Part shown: positions 15,648-30,597 of the stretch, in pieces
Layout of the letters: each line of letters begins with the position of its first letter
Numbering within the stretch: the first letter of the stretch is position 1
Assembly: GCF_009914755.1 (NCBI RefSeq)
Contig: NC_060925.1
DNA: 64,000 bases
Strand: one strand, 5' to 3'
Origin: the human T2T-CHM13v2.0 reference genome, Homo sapiens
Notes under the pieces: generated by a model
What the model was told of the DNA's origin: nothing
Databases searched by the model: none
What the model saw: the letters and a program-made list of their open reading frames with translations, nothing else
Made by a program: the position numbers and the translations under genes

Positions 15648-15820
15648 ATTTAGCCGGGCATGGCTGTGTGTGCCTGTAATCCCATCTACTCAGGAGGCTT
15701 AGGCAGGAGAATCGCTTGAATCCGGGAGGCAGAAGTTGCAGTGAGCCAAGATCACGCCATTGCACTTCAGCCCGGGTGACAAGGTAAGACCCAGTCTCAA
15801 AAATAAATAAATAAAATAAA
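15648..15820 (+). mobile_element. Alu right arm only (5'-truncated)
   Basis: TTAGCCGGGCATGG...GTCTCAAAAATAAATAA. Confidence 0.9.
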
Positions 15821-15880
15821 ATTGATGTGAAAAGACAAAGGTACTAGAGTAGCCAAAACAATTGCGAAAAAGGAAAATAA

Positions 15881-16175
<295 letters not shown>

Positions 16176-16180
<5 letters not shown>

Positions 16181-16398
16181 AGAGAGAGAGGGAAAAAAAG
16201 AAAGAAAGAAAGAGAGAGAGAGAAAGAAAGAAAGAAAGAAAGAAAGGAGAGAAAGAAAGAGAAAGAGAGAGAGAAAGAGATAAAGAGAGAAAGAGAGGAA
16301 GGAAGGGAGGAAGGAAGGAAGGAAGGAAAGAAGGGAGGGAGGAAGGAAGGAAGGAAGGAAGGAAGGAAGGAAGGAAGGAAGGAAGGAAAGTAGGAAGA
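16176..16398. repeat. polypurine (GAAA)n/(GA)n/(GGAA)n tract grown from an Alu tail
   Basis: read directly. Confidence 0.95.
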
Positions 16399-17134
16399 AT
16401 TCATCTACCCAATTTCAAGACTTGTATAGTCACAGTCGCTAAGAGTGTGGGATTGCGGGGAGACAGACCTATAGGCCAATGGAACAAAATAGAGAACCCA
16501 GAAACAGACCCACACGAATAGGCCCAGCTGGCTTTTGACAAGGGCACCAGAGTCATCACATGGAGCAAGGAAAGCATTTTCAACAAATGCTCTAACGGAG
16601 CAATTGGATGTCCATAGGCTAAAAAAAAAAGAAGAAAAGAAACTCGTCTTTTTAATTAAAACATCAACTCAAAATGGATCAAATACATAAAATAAAACAT
16701 AGAACTCTAAAACTTTTAGAAACAATTGGAGAAAAACTTCAGCATCTACAGCTAGGCAAAGGGTTCTAACACTTGATACCAAAAGCACAATCTGTAAAAG
16801 TAAGAAATTAACTGGCTTTCCTCAAAATTTAATATGTGTGCTCTGCGAAAGATCCTTCAAGAGGATTAAAAGACAAGCTACCAAATGAGAGAAAATATTT
16901 GCAAACTATATATCTGAGAATGAACTCTGAAAACTTAGTAAACAAGCAAACGATTTCTCAATCATGTTCTGTATTTTTGGGGTGGGCTACAGTTTTCACA
17001 TCGTGATTCTCTCCTTTCTCTCAGAAAACCCTCCTGTCAGCCTTGATTTGTATAACGTCCTTGCTTTCTGGATGAGGAAATGGAGGCTTCAAGCCTTCCC
17101 TAAGCTTACAGTTCCTAGGAGATAGACCTGGATT

Positions 17135-17840
<706 letters not shown>

Positions 17841-17956
17841 GGACCTGGGTTTGAACTGTCACCCCAAAAGGCAGTCTGGGCTGGGCAGTGGCACTAACCT
17901 CTAAGAAGCTGTCCTGTCCCTGGGCATTCCCCTGCATCCTTTGTCCTGAGCCTTCA

Positions 17957-18395
<439 letters not shown>

Positions 18396-18428
18396 AAATT
18401 GAAGTCGGTTTTAGAAAATGCACGTGGA

Positions 18429-18740
18429 GGCTGGATGCAGTGGCTCACGCCTGTAATCCTAACACTCTGGGAGGCCGAGGTGGGTGGATCACGAGGTCAG
18501 GAGATCGAGACCATCCTGGCTAATATGGTGAAACCCCGTCTCTGCTAAAAATACAAAAAATTAGCCGGGCGTGGTGGCGGGCACCTGTAGTCCCAGCTAC
18601 TCAGGAGGCTGAGGCAGGAGAATGGCGTGAACCCGGGAGGCGGAGCTTGCAGTGAGCTGAGATCGCGCCGCTGCACTGCAGCCTAGGCAACAGAGCAAGA
18701 CTCTGTCTCAAAAAAAAAAAAAAAGAGAGAAAGGAAAAAA
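18429..18740 (+). mobile_element. AluY
   Basis: GAGATCGAGACCATCCTGGCTAA, GAATGGCGTGAACCC, GGAGCTTGCAGTG diagnostics; AGAAAATGCAC on both flanks. Confidence 0.93.
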
Positions 18741-19439
18741 GAAAATGCACACGGTTATGGGATGCCATGTGCAGGCCAGGCAGAGCTAGGTCTAAGGCCC
18801 TCCGGGGACCTGCTGGAGCACAGGTGGCTGGATCCAGAGGGCGGAAAGGAGGCTGCAGAGGGAGGTGGGTGGGGAAGAGAGGACCGGACGCCCAGGCTTG
18901 CGTTCCTCTCACCGCCAGGTTTAAGGCGGTACAGCCATGCAAACACCGCTGGGATTGTCCAAGAACTAAGGAGGGGTTAAATATTTTATACAAAAACTCT
19001 TTTCATCTAATTTATGTTGTGCTTTTGAAGATGAAGAGGCGGCGGGCTTCGGTTATCAGCAAGAAGAAGGGAGAGAGGGACTACAAACATCTTAGAATAG
19101 TGGAAGACGGGAGGAGGCTCTCGCCGTCCTTGAGAATATCAATTCCAAAACGATTCTATTCCACCACATAAAGGAGCCAGGCCTTTCAAAGAAAATCAGC
19201 CTTTCATAAAATTTCTTGGAAATCTAGTCAAGAAAGTGTGCGTGTCTCTCTCAGATAACACTGCTGTATTATAGGCATTTAACTAGATCCGCAGGCTATG
19301 ACAAAATAAAACAGCCATTTAAGTGGAGTGTCTGGAAAGGCAGCCGAGACGGGCTGAGAAAGGTCTTGGGCCTGTGGGCTCCAAGAAAAACAGGATGGGG
19401 GTTGCCATGGTGACTGTGTATTGCATTCCACCCCTAAGG

Positions 19440-19605
19440 ACAACCAAAAGTCCCTGCAGGACCCCCAGCATCAGCATCAGCTGGGGTATGGGGTCAATGC
19501 AGGTCCCCTGGCCCCATAACAAACCAGCTGAACCCAGTCTCTGGAGGTTGTCCCCAGGAACCTGCATTTTAACAAATTGCTCCGGTGATTCTTAGAACAT
19601 CACAA
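19440..19605. mobile_element. MER5A-like hAT fragment
   Basis: CAGCATCAGCATCAGCTGG...CCCAGGAACCTGCATTTTAACAA...GGTGATTCT. Confidence 0.7.
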
Positions 19606-20989
19606 TGGGGCTCCTGACTCAGTCTCTGCTGGAGGCCAAAGTCGAATGATGCCAGCAGCGACTCTACAGTCTGCAGCAGGTGCACCTGCACGTGCATGGC
19701 CCCCGTGTGCCAGCCCTCAGCCTCACCCACCTCGAGGGCTGAAGAAGCCAAGAGGGCAGCTGGAGATTGTCAAGCTGGTTTCTTCTTTAGAAAGAGGCTG
19801 TGAGGCCCCTGTATTCCTCCCCTCCAGGGAATGGGTGGAGGCCCTTACTCTCACCTCATGGAAGGGAGAGGAGCTTGAAGGAGCTCCCTGTGGGGGTGGG
19901 CAGAGGGACTGTTGTCTGTCCCCAGGAGTGCACAGGACACAGCCTGCAGGGACTCGCTCCCAAAGGCCAGTCTGCACCCAGGCTGTGGCTAGCCCTGGCT
20001 CCCAGCGGAAGAAGGAGGAGAGGGCTGAAGGGAGATGCCTCCCCACCAACCACAGGGGCCAATCTGTGGGTCTCCTGGTAAGGATAATGGCCTGGGGTCC
20101 CTTTAAAGAGGACCCTCCTGGGAGGAGTAGATGGATCAGAGCCCTCAGCACCTGTGGGAAGTGCATGGCCAGGTGCCCTGGGGCCAGCCAGGAAGCCCCA
20201 GCAGTGCAAGGAGAGGGCTGGCCTCCGTCGAGACAGCAGCATTCCAGGGACTGGATAGGAATCATTCTCCAAGAAGCCCCCCAAATTCTTGGTGCCGAAT
20301 TCCCCTCCCTGTCCCCTTCCTCATACCCTCCCCCTCCAACCTGGAAAGGACCATGCGCCTTGGGACCCAGCAGGAAGTAGAGGTCCAGACCCGTGGGACT
20401 AAAGACAGCAGAAGGCCCTCACCCCACTCCCCACTGCAGGCTGCCAGCCTTGACCGGGCCGGGCTGGAGGGCCAGACACACAGGCGTTGAACAAAGATCT
20501 GGGTTTTGATGATTTTGCTCAACCAGACACGTTAAAGAAAAGGAAGATGACGTGTAACTAAAAACAATAATAGGACTTTTCCTTTCCTAAGAAGGACCAG
20601 AGCTATGACAGGGCCTGGGGGAGACTTTATCCCAGGGTGATCCAGTGACTGCACAGAAGACAGACTGTCCCGTGTGCCTTCTTCATTCACCCGAAGTGCT
20701 AAGCAGCCTTGAGGTGAAGAACCATGGACTGTTGGAGTGCGGGGGTCAGAAACCGCTCTCCTGACCCCTGGAAACCTCTTGAAAGCTGAGTTGACCATTT
20801 GGGGAACTCAAGCCCCTCACATAACTAAAATAAATCCTTTAAGACAGCCCACTCCAAGGACAGCAATGTGGAACATGGTGCTGTGGTTCCGTGCCTTTTC
20901 CTGCCTGTCCCCAACACTGTGCTCCCTGAATCCACTCGGCCTGCCACCCGGAGAGGTGGTCAGACAAGACTGTTGGCAAATGTGGAGAC

Positions 20990-21425
20990 TCCCAATTGCC
21001 TGATCAACATCCATTCTTGCTATCTTCCTTAGAACCCAATTTCTAGCTGGACAACAATGTGCTCAATTATTACCACAATTACTTTTGCACCAACCTAATA
21101 CAAAACTATGTATCCCAGCCTCCTTTACACTAGATGTGATCATGTGATTCCGTTCTAACCAATGAGATATCAGCAAAGTGTTGGATGGTACTTCCAGGAA
21201 GTCTCCCTAAGAGGGGACACCTGCTTGGGACATGGATGAGATGGCTGGAGTTCTAGCACCCATCTTGGACCATGAGGATGAGGACAGACTAAGTATTGAT
21301 CCCTAACAGCTTCCTACAGCCACCCACCTCCAAACTACTGTTACACAAAAAGAGACATGAAGGACCCATCCTGTTTTGACACTGTCACTGGGAAGAGTTC
21401 TGTTAAATGCTGCTGAACCTACACT
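20990..21425 (+). mobile_element. old ERVL LTR (LTR16/LTR33-like) with a MADE1 half inserted at 21072-21100
   Basis: CATGTGA...ACCAATGAGATAT; GATGGCTGGAG...CCATCTTGGACCATGAGG; ACAATTACTTTTGCACCAACCTAATA is the Hsmar1/MADE1 TIR. Confidence 0.65.
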
Positions 21426-21802
21426 TGGCTGGTGGATGTATGCAATGATCCTCTCACATTCTTCATCCCACTAAATGTGCTGCCAGCTCAGGGTACGGTG
21501 GGCACTGCAGCAAAGGTTAGCTCTCCTTGCTGTATGCTTCTGGTGGGAAAAGCATGCTTGGGAGTTTTGACCTTAACTGTCTATACCAAGCCAAGGTGAT
21601 CCATTGGGTTGACTGGAACCTCCTCCTAATGGGTCTTGGAGGCAGGTGACAGCTGGCATTTGCTGGCTGAAGTGATCAGGTTCCAGGCCAGGCATGAAGC
21701 TGGAGCTCTGACTGGACCTGACTCTCCCGGTTGCAAGTTGCTCTTCAGCACAGGCCTGGGAATGGTCCAACGTGCTCTCTGGGGGAGATGAAACACAGCT
21801 GG

Positions 21803-22224
21803 TATTACAGGTCGAAACGTATCCCCCGATCTCCACATGCTGCAGTCTAACCCCCAGGACCTCAGAATGTGATCTTACTTGGAAATGGTGGCATTGTAGA
21901 TGTAATTAGTTAAGAAGAGTGAGCCCCTAATCCAAAATGACTAGCATCCTTATCAAAAGGGGAAATGTGAATCAGAGACACACACACAGAGGGGACACTG
22001 TGGCCATGTAATGATTGGAGTGATGCCGCCACAAACCAAGAACTACCAGCAGCAGGAGAGGGGCCTGGCACAGACACTTCCCTATCACCTTTGGAGGGAA
22101 CACAGCCCTGCCTGCACCTCAATCTCAGACTCCTGGCCTCCAGAACTGTGAGGTGATCAATTTTGGTTGTGTGACTCACTCAGTTTGCAGTCCTTTGTCA
22201 CGGCAGCCCGAGCAGGCTGATACA
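21803..22224 (+). mobile_element. MLT1B-type LTR
   Basis: ACCTCAGAATGTGA...TTGGAAAT; GGCCTCCAGAACTGTGAG; ends CTGATACA. Confidence 0.85.
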
Positions 22225-25113
22225 AGCTCCACCCACACCGCCCCACCCTCCAGGAGCGTACATTCTAAGCACCACAGGGAACCAGCTGCCTGGTACTCAG
22301 CAAATGGTCCTGAGGAAGAAGGACAGGTGGGTGGGTGGATGGATGGACCAATGTTAATATGAGTGCATAGACGGGTGTGTGGGTAGGCAGATGAATACAT
22401 GAATGCGGGAATGAATGAATCTGGTGACACACACAGGAACCACCAGATGCCAGAAGGGTTCTGCAAAATGCATCACTCGCCACAAGGACACACATCAATC
22501 CAGCATCTGCAACCAGAAGAATGAATGTGTCACGCCCCATGGAGTCCACAGAGATCAATGCAACCTCAATACCAGGAAAAAAACAGGTCATAATTTTCTA
22601 TAAAACTAGTACACACTGCCCCGATTGATGAATACAGCCATCTGTTTTACTTTTCACACTGTCTATTTGTAATCCTCATGAATAACAAAGGGGTTCCAAA
22701 GGAAACCAGAAGTAGGGGTTTGCCGCAGTGGGCAGGGGTGCCTATCTACCAGGGAGATGACGGATGGGCCCTTCCATCAAGGATGACCTCCCGCAGAATC
22801 TCTTTGCCAGCTGGGCCAGATGAACAAAGAGGTGGCAGTAACAAGAAGAGAGGCCTGCGCCTAGGTATCGGCCGCCTCCAGAGTTTCAATATGGACCTCC
22901 GAAGGAGGCACCTCCACCTCCATGCCAGTGCTGGTCTCCTGACAAGAGAGGGTTCGCCTACTAACTGGCATTAGGTGGAACTGTGGCACAGAGGACACGG
23001 CCTTCTGACAAGGTTCAAAGCTGGACGTGAGAGAGAGAGTGGCAGATACACCCTCACTGACGTGAGCCCCTGGCAGGCAAACGTTTTCCAAAGGCTCGGC
23101 TTGGGGAAGCTCCCTTCCTATTGGCCTTGGCCCTGAGTCTGAGAGAATGGATGCCCAGTGGCTCAAGAAGGGGCATACAGAGGCAAGGCCTAGGAGGAGA
23201 GCAGCCTGCCCTCCCATTTCAGAGCGAGGCCCCTGCGTCTTGCCAGCCCTCCTAAGCCCTGGGTGTGGCGGGATTGAGTGCGAGAGCTGCCAGATGAAAC
23301 ACGTCAGCCCGGCCGGTGTCAGGTACCTCCGAGGCACCAAAAACTTAACTGTACCCGTCCCTAGTGCAGAGACCACTGGGTTTCTCCCCTCCAAAAATAA
23401 TAACTACTGGAGAGAACCCTATGGGCGATGAGAAATCTCTGGAAGCGGCTGCCAGAAGAAGCCGTCAGTTAATCTTCTCTCCGAAGCTCTGGACTCATCT
23501 GGCTGTGCTTCTGGGGCGCTGGTTGCCAGCGCAGCCTCGGCTAATAAGTAATTAGAAGATAATTAGCATTCGTAACATACATTGGGAAACATCTGGACCT
23601 ACTGACTTATTAAAACCTAAAAACCTCATTCATCAATTGTGTAGTGAGATAGAGAACAGGCTCAGGTTGGGGCAGGTGGGCTTGGTTCAAAGTCAGCCCC
23701 CACTCAAATGTGGATTCTGTCCACCCTGGGCAGCCGCCCCACCACACCTCTCCGTGCTTCCTGCCTGCCCCACCATCTCCAAAGAGGAGAGGAAAGCAAA
23801 GGGCCCAGCCCTCTCGCACCGGCCAATTTCTCCTGGAAGAAATAGAACAGCCAAGGATATGGATGTGGTGGCAGCTGGGTCCTCACCCCCACCCCCTTCT
23901 CTTGCTGCTTCTTGCCCTTCCCAGGTGAGAAACCTGGAGCTCAGAGAGGGAAGGGGCACTGGATATGTCCCCCAGCTGAGATTCACTGCAGCTCAACCTG
24001 GAAGGGCCCGTGACTCCCAGCACCTCACCCATCCCACACTCACAGAGAGGGAAGGACCATAAACAAGAGCAAGATCCCTGCAGCCGCTGTCAGCTCCAGA
24101 GCTGAAGTTGTGCCTGGATGTAGCAGTGCCCAGGCTGTGTGGTCAGCCCTGGGCTTCTGTCTCTCTGCTGTTTCCCCTCCCACCTCCCATCTTCCCTGTC
24201 ATCAGTGGGCACAGGATGGGTGGGAGCATGTGTTCTGCAGGAGCTGGACGCGCTCCCCAAGTGCCTTGGTTTCCAGCCAAAACATTAGGATGTGGCTCTA
24301 CCAGCTAATCATCCTCCCTCAGACAGGAGGACACTGAAATAGAAAACCCGGTGCTCCTGGGAGTGTGGGAAAGCCAGTTAAGGCTGCGGCCATTCTCTCC
24401 AGGGAAGCTGGGAAGAGTGAAAATTCTGAGGTGGCCACTTGTGCAGCCATTTCCTGGGGGATGCTTTTGGAGAAATCCAGGACCAAGGCCCCCTCTGTGT
24501 CCCCTTTTCAGCCAGAAGGAGAAATACTTCAGAAGATGCAAATAGAGAGGTTCCTGGCCTTTCTGGGTTCCCCCCACTCCTCCCACTTCCTTCCTCTTTC
24601 CTTTGGGGCACCTGCTCTGCACAGGGTCCAATTACACAAGGCAGTGGTGCTGTCAGTCATGGCATCTGAACCCTCGGGCCACAATGATTGGTTCTAAGGG
24701 TGGGAAAATGATGTGAGCAGAGCCAATGAGAGGCCTGCCCTGGGATTTTTCTTCCTCGAGCCAAGGGAGGAGGTCTTTCTCGTCTCTGGCTGAGAGACTG
24801 GAAAGAAGGAGGCCAGTGGCCATTTGCAGCCCTGGAAAGGCAGCCTGCATAAAGGACAAAGCCAATGGGCAGGGAGGTGGGACTGGGAGTGGTGGACGGG
24901 GCTGCAGGAGCTGGCAGACAGAAGTCAGGCCCCTGTTCCCTGGGCCAAGCTCCACGTGGATCCTTCTCCAGGTTCAATTTAGGAAGCCAATGGATTTTTT
25001 GGTTTTTATGTAAGGCATTTTGAGCTGTGTTCCTACTATTTTGAACCACAGTATTGACTAATGCAAATATACTTGGTTGTTTCTGGGGAAGGGCAGTCAC
25101 TCAGCTGGAGAGA

Positions 25114-25365
25114 TGAAAAGAAAAGAAAAGAAAAAAGAAAAGAAGAAGGCAGGCAGGCAGGAAGGAAGGAGAAGGAAGGGGAAGGTTGGAAGGAAAGGAA
25201 GGGAAGAAAAGGGAAGGAAGGGAAGGAAGGGAAGGAGGGAAGAGGGAAGGAAGGAGGGAAGGAGAAGGAAGTGGAAGGGAGGAAGGAAGGGAGGAAGGAA
25301 GAAGGGAGGGAGGGAGGGAAGGAAAAAGATAGAAAGATAGAGAAAGGAAAGAAAGAAAAGGAAGC
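25114..25365. repeat. polypurine GA-rich tract
   Basis: read directly. Confidence 0.95.
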
Positions 25366-26469
25366 AGACCTGAAAAAGCCTGAAAGTTCATATGACCAAC
25401 AAATTAGTAGGGAAAGTTTAGTCTATTTCTCAAAACAAGCCATTATAAGTACTTTTTAAACGCCTATGGCTCCCCTCCTTAGCATAGAGCCCATAAGTAT
25501 TTTAAGCAGAAACCCTGTGGCTTGGTTGGAGTGTGTAAAGCAGAGGATATAGACAGGTCTCCAGAAAAGATGGAGACTTCAGTGGAGGAGAGAGAAGGTG
25601 CTCAGTGCAGAACCTCCAATAACACAAACGTCGGCCCCAGGACTTAGGGAGAAGGGAGAGCTCCTCCACTTTGAGGGCTGACACTGCCTCCACCCCAGGC
25701 CTAGAGTCCAGAGACCCTGGGCATGATGAGTCGTCAGACAAGGGACCCACGGTGTCCAAGCCCTGTGGCCCGCCCTTCCCCTTGTAGTTTCCACAACTGC
25801 CTGTAAGCGTGGGAATCACCAACCCTACCACAGATGGAGTCTGAAATCACTGCTGGGGAGTGGTGGACCTGGATTCGAACCCAAGCCCACCTGGCTCTCA
25901 AACCTGTGATCTTTCTGTGACCTGCTCTGGGTCACAACCCCCAGCCCTGACCTCCCTCATCAGAGTCCCATCCCCTTATTTTCAATCAAAACAGAGTAGG
26001 CTGTAGGTCCCTCTCCCAGGGCCCTCACACCATGGCAGTTCATTCAGACTGACAAGAACAATCTTGGAGGGTCTCAGCCAACCCTTTGAGGGAAACTGGC
26101 CAGGAGAGAAAACTCAGTCACTTAGGGCCACGAAACTACTAGGCAACCAATTTGCAAAGAACTTGTCCTTAACTTGTGCCACCGGCAAGGTCTGCATGGG
26201 CAATTTGGGTCTATCAGCCTTTAAATTATAGATGGCCACATCACTCGTCAGGCCTGCCGCAGAGCCAAGATGGAGAAGCCAGGGGTGACTGACAGCTTCA
26301 ATAAATGCATTCCTGCCAGGAAAATAGCATTACCACACGGAGGTGCTTTGGAAAGTATTGAACTTCAGGAAGAAATAAAATAAAAGTAAAATGGCTCCGG
26401 CACTCCTGGGCGCTCCATCATTATTGCCGGACACAGTGGGGAGAAAAGGAACCCATCATCAGATAAATA

Positions 26470-26907
26470 CCGCACTGTCCCCCACCGGGGAAGGCACCGT
26501 CACAGCTCCCGCACAGCCGGTCACCGCACCGTCCCCCGCCGGGGAAGGCACCGTGTCACAGCTCCCGCACAGCCGGTCACCGCACCATCCCCCGCCGGGG
26601 AAGGGACTGTCACAGCTCCTGCACAGCCGGTCACCGCACTGTCCCCCGCCGGGGAAGGCACCGTCACAGCTCCCGCACAGCCGGTCACCGCACTGTCCTC
26701 CGCCAGGAAAGGCACCATCACAGCTCCTGCACAGCTGGTCACCGCACTGTCCTCCGCCGGGGAAGGCACCGTGTCACAGCTCCCGCACAGCCGGTCCCCG
26801 CACTGTCCTCCACCGGGGAAGGCACCGTGTCACAGCTCCCGCACAGCCGGTCACCGCACTGTCCTCCGCCGGGGAAGGCACCGTCACAGCTTCCGCACAG
26901 CCGGTCA
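26470..26907. repeat. GC-rich VNTR, 54/56-bp unit x 8
   Basis: unit CCGCACTGTCCCCCGCCGGGGAAGGCACCG(TG)TCACAGCTCCCGCACAGCCGGTCA. Confidence 0.97.
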
Positions 26908-27997
26908 TAAAGCGGGTGTCTGGCACGAGTGGGGAATCATTGTCCAGCAAGGAGAGCCCTCGGGGGGCATGTAGGGCAGCCTTCTCCTTCACAGATGGGG
27001 AAACCAAGGCCAAGGCCATGCTGTAGATCAAGGTGATGGACCAGAAGGTGTTCAAATGGGCAAGCAGGCAGCAGCATCCCAGGCAAGTCAGGCACAAGAC
27101 GGCCCCCTAGGTTCACTCTGAGTGGCGGCACTCAGCGGTGAGAACCCTCCAAGCTGCCAGGCAGCCTGTGTAGGACACTGTCTATGCCCTCAAGGAGTCA
27201 TAAAGGGCAGGTTAAAACCAGAGCAGTCCCTCGTATCCCCAGCCTGCTTCTTACTTCCTGCTGTGGCTGATGTCCAGAAGCCTCCAGTAACGGGCTTTGA
27301 CTCTGAAGGCAGTGGTCTGTCCTTCTGGTCTACCTGCTGTCCTCCCCACAGTGTGCCCTTGCCCTTCCTGGCAACTGAGAACTGTCCAGGCCCTCACCCT
27401 GCTCCTTGTCTCTGAACCAGGCTGCTGGGAAGACCACAGGGTGAGCTCAGCAAAGGCAGGACATGGTCTCACCCACAGCTCCTTCCCCAGCCCCTACAAC
27501 AGCACCTGTGATGTAGCGGGTGCAGACTGGGCCAGGGATCCAAGAATAGACCAGACTCAGACAAGAATAAAGGCTGCTTCCCAAATCTTTATCTTTGTGC
27601 TGGCTGTACCTTCCCCAGGGACATCCTTGTTGCCCCCCACAAGGAAGACCTAAGATCAGGCAACCGGCCCTCCATGTGATCACCAGGCCAGCACCTGGGG
27701 GCCTGGTTCTGTCCCAGACACTGCCATCCTTCACACTCTCGTCCTACCGCACTCCCAGAGGACATGGGCCGCCTGGGAACCCCTCCTATCTGTGTATTTC
27801 CTTCTTTGAAAATCAGAATGGAACCAGAGAAGGGCTAAGGCTCAAGAGGGCTGGGGTGACTCCATGCATGTCCCCAGAGTCACATGGGGTGTGACTGGGC
27901 AAGTCGCTTTGCTCCTTGAGTCCTGGCTGCAGCTGCACAGTGGAGGTAACAGCCCGACCTTGAAGGAGTCAAGTGTGGGAGGAGGAAGGAAATGTGC

Positions 27998-28186
27998 TTC
28001 TGCGGGGACCCGGAAATCGCCCGCGGGGGGCTTAGCGCTCCGTTACCGCTGAGGGTTGGATTCTGCGGGGACCCGGAAATCGCCCGCGGGGGGCTTAGCG
28101 CTCCGTTACCGCTGAGGGTTGGATTCTGCGGGGACCCGGAAATCGCCCGCGGGGGGCTTAGCGCTCCATTATCACTGAGGGCTGGA
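27998..28186. repeat. CpG-rich VNTR, 63-bp unit x 3
   Basis: units start at 27998, 28061, 28124. Confidence 0.97.
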
Positions 28187-29075
28187 GCTCCTCCCGGATG
28201 GTCTGACACCCCATCCAGACTCCCGGGGATGCCAATCCGAAGCTGCAAGCGTCTGTCTGGTTTAGATTTCTGAAAATGTGCTTTTTGCACTTGGCCTCTC
28301 ATAACGCTTCCTCCCTTGATTTATCTCCCCACGCTTAACATGCAAGACTCCTCTCCGGCGATGTTTTACAGCTCCCTTTTAGAGTTAAACAACTGAAAGT
28401 GATACTTGAGGCCTCAAGAGTGTGGGCCCAGATCAATGCAACAAAGAATTTCTAAGATGAACTGTAGACTTCTTGGGTAGGGAATGTTTCTGAAAAAGCA
28501 TTTTTAACTCACTTCCCTGACTCTGGGTAGGCCACGGTTCACACCAATCCAACTCATGGTAGCAATATCATGGCTCAATGTCACGGGAAAGCCATGTTAA
28601 TTTGAGGAACAGACTTGCTCATCTGTCTTAGGTGGGAGGGTGCTGGCCAGCCAGGGGCAGGAGGTGACACAGCGGAGGTGAGAAGTAGGAGCTGGGCTCT
28701 AACAGACAAGCATCTCAGGCCTCCGAGAGCCATGTCACTAACCCCACAGCTGTCTGAAGATGGCTGTCCCCCTTCAGTCACATGCACAGTAGCATCTAGA
28801 GGCAGCCTAGTGTCTCCAGACACCACCACCACCCTGGGACTTGGCGGTGGAGCTGACTGACTTTAACCTGCTGGGCTATCCTGGAAGCTCCAGCTCTGGC
28901 CTTGGCTCCCTATCTGTCACCTGAGGACTATGGACTAGATCTGCCACCTCCCTCCATCCTCCAATAAGAATTTATCCACAACATTTTCATGGAGACCCTG
29001 TGTCCTGAGCAGGGAAAAGACCAGGCCTTTGGTTCTAGGTCTCTATCTAAATGTAGATAATAGTAATATTTATAT

Positions 29076-29905
29076 ACAGACACATTTCCAGAGAAGACAC
29101 ACATGCAGCCAATAATTATATGGGAAAAAAAGCTCAACATCACTAATCATTAGAGAAATGCAAATCAAAACACAATGAGATACCATCTCACTCAATGAGA
29201 TACCAATCAGAATGGCCATTATTAAAAAAGTTAGAAAGCAACAGATGCTGGCAAGGTTGTGGAAAAAAAGGAACACTTTTACACTGTTAGTGAGAGTGTA
29301 TATTCGTTCAACAATTGTGAACGACAGTGTGGTGATTCCTCAAAGATCTAGAACCAGAAATACCATTTGACACAGCAATCCCATTACTGGATATATACCC
29401 AAAGGAATATAAATCATTCTGTTGTAAAGATACATGCACACATATGTTCACTGCAGCACTATTGACAATAGCAAAGTCATGGAATCAACTTAAATGCTCA
29501 TCAATGATAGACTGGATAAAGAAAATGTGGCACATATACACCATGGAATACTATGCAGCCATAAAAAGGAACAAGATCATGTCCTTTGCAGGGACATGAA
29601 TGGAGTTGGAAGCCGTTATCCTCAGCAAACTAATGCAGGAACAGAAAACCAAACACCACATATTCTCACTTATAAGTGGGAGCTGATGGATGAGAACACA
29701 TGGACACATGGAGGGGAACAACACACACTGTTGCCTGTTGGGTTGTGGGGAGGGAAGGCATCAGGAAGAATAGCTAATAGATGTTGGGCTTAATACCTGT
29801 GTGATGGGATGATTTGTGCAATAAACCACCATGGCACACATTTACCTATGTAACAAACCAGCACATCATGCACATGTACCCCTGAACTTAAAAGCTGAAA
29901 GAAAA
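29076..29905 (+). mobile_element. 5'-truncated L1PA (approx. L1PA11-13) ORF2 end and 3' UTR
   Basis: AGAGAAATGCAAATCAAAAC; GGAAGAATAGCTAAT...GGGCTTAATACCT; CCCTGAACTTAAAAG. Confidence 0.92.
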
Positions 29906-29929
29906 GCATTCTAAACTAAGGCATTCAAC

Positions 29930-30115
29930 AAGTTCTCCACACGTGTCAGACATAACATTAACAATGACATGAGCTGGGATGTATTCTCATCCCCACCTTA
30001 CAGATGGGAAAACCAAGGCACGGATAGGTTAGGTAATATCCCCAAGGTCACACAGACTAAGACTCTCATCCAAGGCTATTGGTCCTCAGAATTAGAGCTT
30101 GTACCAGCTATTCTG
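29930..30115 (-). mobile_element. MIR
   Basis: CCCCACCTTACAGATGGGAAAACCAAGGCAC...CCCAAGGTCACACAG. Confidence 0.75.
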
Positions 30116-30140
30116 CACTCAGAACAACAACCAATAGCCT

Positions 30141-30597
30141 GAATTAGTTTTCTGTTTCTGCTGCAACGAGTTATCATAAACCTAGTGGCTTGAGACAACA
30201 CATATTTATTCTCTTACATTTCTAGAGATCAGAAGTCTGAAATCAGTGGTATGGAGCTAAAATCAAGACATCAGCAGAGTTAGAGATTCTGGGGGCTCTA
30301 GGAGTGGGGAGAATCTGTTCCTGTTTCTTCCAGCTTCTGGAGACCGCCTGCATTCCTTGGCTTGTGGCCACATCACTCCAATCTCTGCTTCCATGATCAC
30401 TTAGGCAAAGGAGGTGTCTCCTCTATCTGTCCTTTCTTCATCTCTGTCACATGGATCATTGTGATGACATCAGTCCCACCTGGATAGTCCAGGATAATCC
30501 CCCATCATGGGATCACATCTGCAAATTCCCTTTTGCCTGATAACATAGCTCTCATAGGTACTAGGGATTAGGATATGGACAGTTTTGGGGGTCATCC
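30141..30597 (-). mobile_element. MLT1D-type LTR
   Basis: CTAGTGGCTTGAGACAACAC; CCCACCTGGATAGTCCAGGATAATC; CACATCTGCAAA. Confidence 0.85.

Noticed and set aside
19646-20380. 244-aa ORF
   Set aside because: No family resemblance; composition typical of chance GC-rich frames.
29173-29205. CAATGAGATACCA duplicated inside L1PA
   Set aside because: Ordinary micro-duplication.
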